Source: an uncultured Candidatus Saccharibacteria bacterium
GTDB lineage: Bacteria > Patescibacteriota > Dojkabacteria > J137 > JAEUSD01
Reading direction: 5' to 3'
Assembly: GCA_964525705.1 (NCBI GenBank)
Contig: CAZGHV010000001.1
Location: 1 to 27,076 of the forward strand
DNA length: 27,076 nucleotides
The position numbers and the translations under genes were made by a program. A model generated the notes under the pieces. That model was not told the DNA's origin. It made no database searches and was given only the letters and a program-made list of their open reading frames with translations. This document shows positions 1 to 7,678 of this stretch, in pieces; position 1 is the stretch's first letter; each line of letters starts with the position of its first letter.

Positions 1-310
1 TGCCGATGTAGCTATGTTTAAGCTCCAAAGATTCCTGATAAGCTAGCTGAATTATTTGTACAGCTCTAGGGCTGAGATTGGGGTTACCTTGATACTGCCC
101 GGTACTGAATAGTCGCTCCACTTGCGCTGCAAGCTCGGCAGGCTTAATCCCGAGCTCTGCAAACACTCTTTGCATCACGCTTTCATCTTTGGTGAGTGCG
201 AATAGCAAATGCTCTGTGTCTACAGCTATTTGCCCTTTGCTCACGGCATTACTTGCAGCTATCTGCAGGGATTCATTTGTGCGTTCGGCAAATAAATCTG
301 AGATATTCAT
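1..310 (-). CDS. Clp protease ATP-binding subunit (ClpC/ClpB family), N-terminal Clp repeat domain; runs off the window edge
   Basis: Manual translation from ATG at 310: MNISDLFAERTNESLQIAASNAVSKGQIAVDTEHLLFALTKDES...LSPRAVQIIQLAYQESLELKHSYIG. It has both Clp N-domain repeats (xTEHLLxAL; SPRAxQIIQLAxQES...HSYIG). ClpB and ClpC cannot be distinguished from this fragment. Confidence 0.9.
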   Translation of the reverse strand, partial: MNISDLFAERTNESLQIAASNAVSKGQIAVDTEHLLFALTKDESVMQRVFAELGIKPAELAAQVERLFSTGQYQGNPNLSPRAVQIIQLAYQESLELKHSYIG

Positions 311-314
311 ATCG

Positions 315-349
315 AGTATAATTTAATCACTAGCAGACTGCTTTGTCAA
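315..349 (-). promoter_or_regulatory. sigma70-type promoter for the Clp ATPase gene
   Basis: Perfect TTGACA (344-349, minus), followed after 18 nt by TAAATT. A second -10-like TATACT (315-320) lies 4 nt before the ATG. Confidence 0.55.
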
Positions 350-356
350 GTGCTAA
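330..356. promoter_or_regulatory. CIRCE-like inverted repeat (HrcA operator) upstream of the Clp ATPase gene
   Basis: Minus strand TTAGCACTT-gacaaagca-GTCTGCTAG versus consensus TTAGCACTC-N9-GAGTGCTAA: 8/9 and 6/9 arm matches with an exact 9-nt spacer, directly upstream of a heat-shock gene. Confidence 0.65.
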
Positions 357-1027
357 GCTGTGCCAGGTTTCCCTATTTCATAAATGAATCCGGGGATCCT
401 CTCTGTCAGAAGTCCGCTGGGTGATAATTCAATAATGTTTAGGTGATAATCGGTGTCGGGCCAAATTAACTTTCCTCCCGGTTTCACTTGCCGTAGGAGG
501 TGTTGTGGTGGAGAGACAAGCGCGTAAGAGATTATTATTGCGTCAAACGGTGCTTTATCTTCCAGACCAAATTGACCGTCACGCAGTAAGAATTCTGTCT
601 TGCCTGCTATAGAGGGATAGTGCTGCAGCCCTTCTCTGGCATGTCTCCAAATCCAATTGATACGTTCCATGGAGAACACTTTTCCGGTATCGCCAGCTAC
701 TTGGGATAAGATTGTGGCCAGGTAGCCACTCCCTGTTCCCAGGTGTAGATATTTCCCTCCATATTTAGGTGCTAGTAGTTGTAAATACTGTGCAACTGTT
801 GTCGGGCTGGACATTTTTTCACCATAACCAAGAGGTATTTGGCTGTCATTATATGCATCATTCTTATGTGTTGCGGGCACAAAATGAATGCGGTCTACTG
901 CTCGAAAGGCATTTAAAAGCAAGGGATCATAAATCACACTTTGCCCTAGCCTGGCTACCAGATGATGATGATCCCAAGTAAATGGCTTGGCACTGCCATA
1001 GGAAGATATATGTGGTGGATTTGACAT
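353..1027 (-). CDS. pcm: Protein-L-isoaspartate O-methyltransferase family protein (divergent), 224 aa
   Basis: AFRAVDRIHFVP...AYNDSQIPLGYG..MSSP, GTGSGY, ER, DG..G...APFDAII, QVKPGGKLIWP follow the PIMT motif order. Start moved from 1339 to ATG 1027: TATAAT lies 6 nt upstream, and the longer version would overlap the divergent giant gene. Confidence 0.85.
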   Translation of the reverse strand: MSNPPHISSYGSAKPFTWDHHHLVARLGQSVIYDPLLLNAFRAVDRIHFVPATHKNDAYNDSQIPLGYGEKMSSPTTVAQYLQLLAPKYGGKYLHLGTGSGYLATILSQVAGDTGKVFSMERINWIWRHAREGLQHYPSIAGKTEFLLRDGQFGLEDKAPFDAIIISYALVSPPQHLLRQVKPGGKLIWPDTDYHLNIIELSPSGLLTERIPGFIYEIGKPGTA

Positions 1028-1033
1028 ATTTAC

Positions 1034-1039
1034 ATTATA
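1034..1039 (-). promoter_or_regulatory. -10 box of probable leaderless pcm promoter
   Basis: TATAAT-gtaaat-ATG on the minus strand. Confidence 0.55.
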
Positions 1040-1090
1040 AACATATCTAGCTGCTGAGTCATTAACATAGCAGAATTCTCTGTGATTATG

Positions 1091-1096
1091 TATCAT
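1091..1096 (+). promoter_or_regulatory. -10 box of probable leaderless promoter for the giant surface-protein gene
   Basis: TATCAT-gtagg-ATG(1102), the same geometry as other genes in the window. Confidence 0.45.
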
Positions 1097-1112
1097 GTAG
1101 GATGTCATTTTT

Positions 1113-4100
1113 TTGAGATTGCGACTTACTTTACGACCGGCAACTTTAAAGAAAACTTTTCTCACTCTGGGTGGTGTACTCCTAGTTTTGATCTTTGCAT
1201 CTGCAGCTTGGCAAACTGCAGACGGCTCAAATATATTGGTGAATTCTGTGCAGGAAGGCTTGTCCATGATCTTGGGGGCAGATAGTGCAGATAAAATATC
1301 CAGAGCCGAGGGAATGAGGTACAGCTTGCTGAGTGACAACTATACTCGATGTCAAGGTAAATTGGGAATTGAACCAGCTGGCGGTAATACCCCAGATGTG
1401 TGGTTACAGAAAAGTGCAAATGATCTCCAAGCTTATCACCAAGCTGGATTACGTTATATTTTAGTTACTGTGCCCAATTTTCAGCAAAGCACAGTGGATA
1501 ATTCGATCAAATTGTTGGTGAAGGCGTACCGTTATCACCTAGTGCCAGTATTTGTTCTGGCGGGTTTTGACAATGGTGTGTTTGGACCAGCAGAATTGGA
1601 AAATCCCACAAACATAGTTGCTTTCTATAATGCAATTAGTACTGGAGCTGGGAATGTACAATTTGTGGCAAGCACTGCACCTAGATATATGGCGGATCAA
1701 GGGAGACTTTTGGAGATGGTAACAGTATCTGTACAGGTCGCAGAAGAGCTAAATAAAGCAATTAATCCTAGCTCTGCAGGGGGTGTGAGTGATTATGATG
1801 CAAACGTGGTTATTGCTACTCCTCCGATTCGTTGGTGGCCGTCAAACATAGGCGAAATCGATTCTTTGACTGCTACAGGATTGACAATGGATGAATTTGA
1901 TATTTTGATGTTGATCGGCCAGAACACTGGCGTGAGAACTTATGAGCAAGCCTACCAGACATATCAATCTGGCAGCTCTGGGTCTCTTATTCGCCAGTTT
2001 AACAGCCAAGAAAGGCTGTTTGCTCGCACAATGTTTGTGGGTTTTGGACCTGCACCAGGCACGCTCACAGGTAAACCACAAACTATTCCATACCCAGAGA
2101 AGGACACATTGTTAAGAATGCGCCTGGAGTATGGATATATCGCCGATGACCCACAGGTGGAAGGTGTGATTCTGAGTGAGCCATTGTTTGGTTCACTATC
2201 AATGGACACTGTTCGCATGATCCATGCCGTAGGAAATAATTGTCCATATGACATCCTTGACTATGATATTCATGAGTACGAAGAAAGGTCTGTGGCTTCT
2301 AGTTGCGCAATATCGCGTTCTTCTATAGACGTCGATCCAGATCGAGATACTGCGATTGCACGCATCGTCTGCGATGCTGATCCAGAGATGCCTACATGTG
2401 AAGGACAATTACTTTGGTCCAGGCAAATAGGTTTGCCTGTGAGGAACTTCTGCTCAAACTCTCCTTCTGGCACAGATGTGAGTATGTATGAGCCTGTGGC
2501 TTCCTACTATGCAGAGCAAACAGATTTCTGGGACCCAGCAACTGGGATATACCCAGATAGTATGGGTTTGTTTGCTGGACGGTTGGTGAGTGCAGATGGT
2601 GGCAAATACACAATTCCTTGCCTGGGCAGCGCAATTAACAATTCGGGAGAGGTGGCAAAGGCTCTATTTTATGGAGCTGTGAGTAGGTGGGCATTGAATT
2701 TAAATCTCCATCCTGCTTCTGCGCGTTGGGTGGTAGCTCAAAAGTGGAATATTGAGGTGGGCACCGGGAATAGTCTGTTTGCCTGGGTGCCTGCAGGTGA
2801 AGAAGAAGTAACAGGGGAGCGTCAACAGGAGCCAGATAGTGCGGTGGTCGCTACCAGGCAAGGCTTCAGGATTGATAATATCCGTGTACTCATAGATGCC
2901 TTTGGGCAATATGATCCAGATTCTCTTAAAGGATACGACTGGGAACAAGGTGTCTGTGGTGGTGCCACCCAAATAAACTCGCGAAATATTATTTATGGTT
3001 CGGAGGAAGCATTGCCTGTGGACATGCAAAAGGAATTCTGGAGGAATACAAAAAATCAAACCTGTTATCATGCTTGGGTTAAAGGAGATTTAGTAAAGGA
3101 GTTTGATGAAGACCCCGTTTTGAGAGCTCAAGCTCTGGCTGCCGGCAGAAATCCTCGCATAAACTGTAGAATGAATGAAAAATACTGGGCGAAGCCAGAT
3201 GAAAATGGTAATGGTGTTGAGCCGGTGGCAGATGGATTGCCTTGTTACTGTGAGGGGACTATGAATCTTGCCTCCGAGTGGGCAATAAGGAACGGAATGT
3301 GTACTTTATCAGATATTCAGATAGATTATGGTTGTATTACCTACATAGGAGGAGCGCATGCCTCGGAGGCAGATGTAGCGGCCGGTATCTCAAATTATGG
3401 TGCTTCTGTTGTGTTTCTGGAAAACTCTCGTCCAGAGGCAGGGATTGAGGAGTTTGACATTGAGGGAGCTTATGATGCCATTGCGGGACTTTACAAGACA
3501 GTACAAGATAAAATGGCAGAAAGGAATCTGCGGCTCATTTTTAACGAGAAGCTTAACTGGCGTGGGGAAGTGATGGTGCGGGCCTATGCAAAACCATATC
3601 TCACATTTTTTGAGGATAAACCATATAAGCCCTATACTCCGAGAACAAACCGTGCCCGGTCTCTCTCTTTGGCGATGCAGGGTGTGGGGGTAGCTGGGAC
3701 AATTTTGGGGGAGCAGACTTCTGTGGAGGAACAGTTGCGCAATGCAGCTTCTGTCTTGGGTAGTGCTAGTGCTGTTTGTAAAATAGGCGTAAATTTTGCA
3801 TCCACGTACTCTGGAGTAGGACAGGACAAGATAAACGAGGCCGGCGAGATAGGCTACTCCTATGGACAGATAATTGTACTTGGACCTGGTGATAGTGCAG
3901 CTGGAGTCGGAGCTACCATGTCCACTATGTGTAATGCAGGCATTGTCCCTGTAGTCAGGTCTTGCGTTATAGGTACTTGTGGATTTACTAGTGGTGCAGA
4001 CCAGGCTGCTTTTTTGAGCTCTATTCCGATTCCAGATGCTTGTGGTGAAGTGTACATGACTTGTGGACATAATGAGCCCAATACAGAGTATCCCGATTTT

Positions 4101-6881
4101 TTTGCAGAAGGACAATGGGCAAGGGAGTGTGCTACCCAGATCGATCGTAAAGGTGGGAAAGTAAAAGTAACCACTCCGATTTGGAACTCTACTTATGATA
4201 ACTTTCTGAAAGACATGCCACCGTTCTTTGACGGGTTTGGCGCTTGGGATCCTAGCCTATTTGAGTGTGTGGCGTTTAACACATATGACAACGTGGGCGG
4301 TCGTACGGCAGATACATTTTACGATCGAGTGTTTTCCTTGAGTCAGTTCTCGGGTATGGAAGCTTGCATTATGGAAACCGGAGTTTATCAAGGTGAGAAC
4401 ACTACGGCAAGTATTCGGGAATTACTGTGGAGGCTCACGGCAAAATCAAATCTATTGTTTCTACTTGGATTTAACTGGACGAATACAAATCCAGACTGGC
4501 AACATTTTGCTTTACCAGACCTGGGTGTAGAGGTTGTGGGTGAGTATTGTGACGGTCGGATATTGCCTGGAGGTCCAAGTAATGGAGGCAAAATACCATT
4601 TGAAACATACCCGCAATATGCAGCGGGGTTCTACCAAGCCGAGGGTGATCATTCGCAACTTTATTACCATTATTATGAGTATTTGGGAGTAATAGATGAA
4701 CTTACTAGAGCATTATCATTGCTTACAGATAGTCAGCTACCTGCTGGCGGATACGATGACAGCGGTGACCCTGTATCCGACCTAGCTGAGCAGTTTGCTG
4801 GCTGGACAGTTTGTGGGACAAAAGAACACCGTGAAGCGGAAGCTGCGGCAGGAGATGCAGTTAATTGCATCGGTACTTTAGTGGATGAGGATCCCTTGGG
4901 AAGCTTTCTTTGTGGAAAGGGCTATCCTGTGTATCACACTTGTGCTCCAGAGAATTATCAAGATGAGCCAAAGTGTGAGGTTGTGCCTCCGCAAAGTAAG
5001 TTGTCAAGCTTGCATTCTTTACAGCAATTGGATCCCGACTTGGTTTCAATGACGGAGAAGATAGAAAGGTTGATGTGTCTTAACCCAGGCGTCTTGCTGG
5101 CAATGCTTGAGCGCGAGATCACTGCTCGACTTCCAGAACTCACAGGCGATCCTTTCCAGCAGGTTTATGCACGTAAAGATGCGAGTCAGGAAGTGTGGGG
5201 ACCGGCACAGATACACAATATTTCTTGGATAGGCGGTGGGTATGGAGTAATAGGTAGTGATGAATTTGAAGGTGTGAAGAATCGTTTTGCAACTGGAATT
5301 TGTCTTCGCCAAATGGGTATCCCCTATGCAGAACCTATACCTGGTTGGTATCAAGATGGCATGGTGTCTAGTGGCATTTTGGAGAGGTCATATGTGGGAT
5401 ACGCTTTGTGTGGTGCAGCGGCTATACTCAAAGATAACTCTGGTACAGGCGAGAAATGTGCTAGCTGGACAAAAGAGGAAATATATAAAGCGGCAGAAAG
5501 ATATTTGGGTGCTTGTAGTCAAAATGGTAGAGAATACTGCTCTGTTTATGTGGAAACTATATGTAATCTATACCCAGAAGCAAATGCAGAAATGTGCTCT
5601 CAGCTGGGTGATATTGATGATGAGTGTCTAGAGCGCATTGATGATCCAAACGAGATTTGTGCAGATGGGCAAATCCGCTTGCTCCACCCATTACGCAATG
5701 CCGATGCTGCAGTTACTCAGCCCTATGGAGGTGACTATAATCACTCTGGAGTAGACTATCGTGCTGGTGTAGGTACCCCGGTATTTGCAGCAGCTGCCGG
5801 TATTGTCACCAATGTGGAAAGTGGATGGAGTCCAGGAACTACTACAATATCTGCAAGTGCCGGGAACTTTGTGAAGATTGAGCACAATTCTGGAGCAAGA
5901 ACCTTCTGGACAAACTATCAGCACTTAAGTAGTGTGGAAGTGCGAGTGGGGGACACTGTTCGTGTGGGTCAACTCATAGGTTACAGCGGCAATACAGGTA
6001 GAAGCAGCGGTCCACACTTGCACTTTGAACTGCGACTTGTGGACTGCTATGATGGCTACAATGAGACTGAATATGAGTTCGGCTCCTGCAGCGCAGATCC
6101 TGTACCCTTCATTTTATCTGAGGAAGAAATAGCCGCTTGTGCAGATACTTCAAAATCTCCTCCGATTGCAGCTGGTGATGAAGTTTGCCCACTGGAGGAT
6201 GTTTCCGGAGCGATTATTATCCAAACATCCACGGATAAGGGTGGATCTCATGAACGTGATGATGTTTCCCCACAGAAAGCAACAGACATTCAGGCACCAG
6301 GGCATATAGTTGTTGCACCTGTGGCAGGTACTGTCCGGGTTGTAAACCCGGTTGAAACCGTGGCGCAGTTCGGTGATGGTATATGTGATTACATAAGATT
6401 GCCCGATCACAATCCAAGTAACGACTTGGAGATAAATTGGAAAGTAATAGAGGCCCAAGGTATGGTAGAAACTCCTTCCGGCTCTGGGATATTTAGGGGT
6501 GGTTTATACAAGTATGAGTCGTTTATAGATGATGAGGGGGATTATTATTATGATGGAGGCTTTGTGGTATTAATCACAGATAAAGCAGGCAGACTGTGGA
6601 GGCTGGTGCATCTTGAACCTTTGGAAGGCAAAAGTGAGCTAGAGGTAAAGACTGGAGACACTGTGGAACCAGGTGATAGGATCGGGAGGATTTATGATGG
6701 TACGCTGGCAGGTACCTGGGCAGATTGGAGCGTAAAGCCTAGTGATGGATCTGGCTGTTTCAACGTATCGGCGGAACATATGCATTTTGCAATCATCAGT
6801 GCCAATGCTGTGGATGACCCTATTTATACTGGTAATAATATAGATTCAACCTCTTGGGTGCGGGAGCACTGTGGTCTGTAA
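1113..6881 (+). CDS. Giant (1922 aa) N-terminally anchored, Cys-rich multidomain glycan/peptidoglycan hydrolase: degenerate GH-A barrel, unknown region, GH-A barrel, SLT/lysozyme-like domain, two M23 peptidases
   Basis: Basic N-terminus plus TM helix (TFLTLGGVLLVLIFASAAW). HNEP (E988) and IMETG (E1088) form a clan GH-A catalytic pair. LNPGVLLAMLERE...WGPAQI...AAERYLG...YVETI is an SLT-like pattern. HSGVD...HLHF is M23 no. 1; H-x11-D...HL...HMHF is M23 no. 2. Start is uncertain (TTG 1113, or out-of-frame ATG 1102). Confidence 0.85.
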   Translation: MRLRLTLRPATLKKTFLTLGGVLLVLIFASAAWQTADGSNILVNSVQEGLSMILGADSADKISRAEGMRYSLLSDNYTRCQGKLGIEPAGGNTPDVWLQKSANDLQAYHQAGLRYILVTVPNFQQSTVDNSIKLLVKAYRYHLVPVFVLAGFDNGVFGPAELENPTNIVAFYNAISTGAGNVQFVASTAPRYMADQGRLLEMVTVSVQVAEELNKAINPSSAGGVSDYDANVVIATPPIRWWPSNIGEIDSLTATGLTMDEFDILMLIGQNTGVRTYEQAYQTYQSGSSGSLIRQFNSQERLFARTMFVGFGPAPGTLTGKPQTIPYPEKDTLLRMRLEYGYIADDPQVEGVILSEPLFGSLSMDTVRMIHAVGNNCPYDILDYDIHEYEERSVASSCAISRSSIDVDPDRDTAIARIVCDADPEMPTCEGQLLWSRQIGLPVRNFCSNSPSGTDVSMYEPVASYYAEQTDFWDPATGIYPDSMGLFAGRLVSADGGKYTIPCLGSAINNSGEVAKALFYGAVSRWALNLNLHPASARWVVAQKWNIEVGTGNSLFAWVPAGEEEVTGERQQEPDSAVVATRQGFRIDNIRVLIDAFGQYDPDSLKGYDWEQGVCGGATQINSRNIIYGSEEALPVDMQKEFWRNTKNQTCYHAWVKGDLVKEFDEDPVLRAQALAAGRNPRINCRMNEKYWAKPDENGNGVEPVADGLPCYCEGTMNLASEWAIRNGMCTLSDIQIDYGCITYIGGAHASEADVAAGISNYGASVVFLENSRPEAGIEEFDIEGAYDAIAGLYKTVQDKMAERNLRLIFNEKLNWRGEVMVRAYAKPYLTFFEDKPYKPYTPRTNRARSLSLAMQGVGVAGTILGEQTSVEEQLRNAASVLGSASAVCKIGVNFASTYSGVGQDKINEAGEIGYSYGQIIVLGPGDSAAGVGATMSTMCNAGIVPVVRSCVIGTCGFTSGADQAAFLSSIPIPDACGEVYMTCGHNEPNTEYPDFFAEGQWARECATQIDRKGGKVKVTTPIWNSTYDNFLKDMPPFFDGFGAWDPSLFECVAFNTYDNVGGRTADTFYDRVFSLSQFSGMEACIMETGVYQGENTTASIRELLWRLTAKSNLLFLLGFNWTNTNPDWQHFALPDLGVEVVGEYCDGRILPGGPSNGGKIPFETYPQYAAGFYQAEGDHSQLYYHYYEYLGVIDELTRALSLLTDSQLPAGGYDDSGDPVSDLAEQFAGWTVCGTKEHREAEAAAGDAVNCIGTLVDEDPLGSFLCGKGYPVYHTCAPENYQDEPKCEVVPPQSKLSSLHSLQQLDPDLVSMTEKIERLMCLNPGVLLAMLEREITARLPELTGDPFQQVYARKDASQEVWGPAQIHNISWIGGGYGVIGSDEFEGVKNRFATGICLRQMGIPYAEPIPGWYQDGMVSSGILERSYVGYALCGAAAILKDNSGTGEKCASWTKEEIYKAAERYLGACSQNGREYCSVYVETICNLYPEANAEMCSQLGDIDDECLERIDDPNEICADGQIRLLHPLRNADAAVTQPYGGDYNHSGVDYRAGVGTPVFAAAAGIVTNVESGWSPGTTTISASAGNFVKIEHNSGARTFWTNYQHLSSVEVRVGDTVRVGQLIGYSGNTGRSSGPHLHFELRLVDCYDGYNETEYEFGSCSADPVPFILSEEEIAACADTSKSPPIAAGDEVCPLEDVSGAIIIQTSTDKGGSHERDDVSPQKATDIQAPGHIVVAPVAGTVRVVNPVETVAQFGDGICDYIRLPDHNPSNDLEINWKVIEAQGMVETPSGSGIFRGGLYKYESFIDDEGDYYYDGGFVVLITDKAGRLWRLVHLEPLEGKSELEVKTGDTVEPGDRIGRIYDGTLAGTWADWSVKPSDGSGCFNVSAEHMHFAIISANAVDDPIYTGNNIDSTSWVREHCGL

Positions 6882-6897
6882 CCATAAATAGTTGATT

Positions 6898-7605
6898 ATG
6901 GAACTAATTAATCTTAAAAATTTCGTAAAAAATTTAAATTTCAAGGTACTTGTGATATTGCTTGTGGTTGTGATTGTAGTTTCTCAGATAATCCGGCTAG
7001 CGTTGTCTTCTACAAGTCGCCCTGGAACCCCGCTGAGTGATGCGGCGGGAATTTCTCAGGATACATCATATGTTGCTATAGAGCCGACACAAGTAGCTGG
7101 AGGAGGTGTGGAGAATCGCAAACTAATAGTTGTTTATGTTGAAGACCTGGATGTGCTCACATCTGCTGAGATAAAGCGTTTAATTTCTATAGCCGCAAAG
7201 ACAGAGGGACTGGTAGAGGGAGAATATCGGGTCGTAATCGAAGAATATGAGGATGATGTACCCCTCAAAGTAGATGATGCATACTTGCTAGATCCTGGAG
7301 CAATCGATTATACAGATCCTCTTACCTACGCTGAGTATGGAAATACAGCGTTAAACCACTATGCAGATCCAAATGTTATTTATGAAGGATTTACTTCCGT
7401 AACTTTTGCAGAGTATGTGGGCGAAGGCAGCATAGCCGATGAGTACTATGAGATATACCCCAGGGGCAACAACACATTTCTAGTGGTGCTTAAACTGGGT
7501 TATACACAAACCCTTTTTGAAAAAGAGGTGCTGGCATCGTTTACCAATTCTGGCAATCCGCAAATTGTTTACGAGTCTCGAGATCAGTTCTGGCTAGAAG
7601 AATAG
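6898..7605 (+). CDS. Membrane-anchored acidic hypothetical protein, 235 aa, probably co-transcribed with the giant gene
   Basis: ATG 16 nt after the giant gene's stop. Single hydrophobic helix (VLVILLVVVIVVSQII) followed by an E/D/Y-rich domain. No family recognised. Confidence 0.75.
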   Translation: MELINLKNFVKNLNFKVLVILLVVVIVVSQIIRLALSSTSRPGTPLSDAAGISQDTSYVAIEPTQVAGGGVENRKLIVVYVEDLDVLTSAEIKRLISIAAKTEGLVEGEYRVVIEEYEDDVPLKVDDAYLLDPGAIDYTDPLTYAEYGNTALNHYADPNVIYEGFTSVTFAEYVGEGSIADEYYEIYPRGNNTFLVVLKLGYTQTLFEKEVLASFTNSGNPQIVYESRDQFWLEE

Positions 7606-7659
7606 GGATAAATGCATTCATATTTGGTCCCCCTGTTGGTTGTCTCTACTCATTGTGCC

Positions 7660-7668
7660 TGTTAAAAT
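7660..7668 (+). promoter_or_regulatory. Extended -10 promoter for proS
   Basis: TGtTAAAAT, 10 nt upstream of ATG 7679. Confidence 0.5.
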
Positions 7669-7678
7669 CGGCAGTTAT

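Noticed and set aside
331-343. AGCAG-A-CTGCT palindrome as a separate operator or terminator
   Set aside because: Lies within the CIRCE-like element and is too short to stand alone.
1028-1339. 104-aa N-terminal extension of the pcm ORF
   Set aside because: No PIMT similarity; it overlaps the divergent giant gene and both promoters. ATG 1027 has a -10 box at leaderless distance.
3390-4115. 241-aa minus-strand ORF and other short ORFs inside the giant gene
   Set aside because: Antisense shadows with no motifs; the plus-strand frame has clear catalytic motifs.
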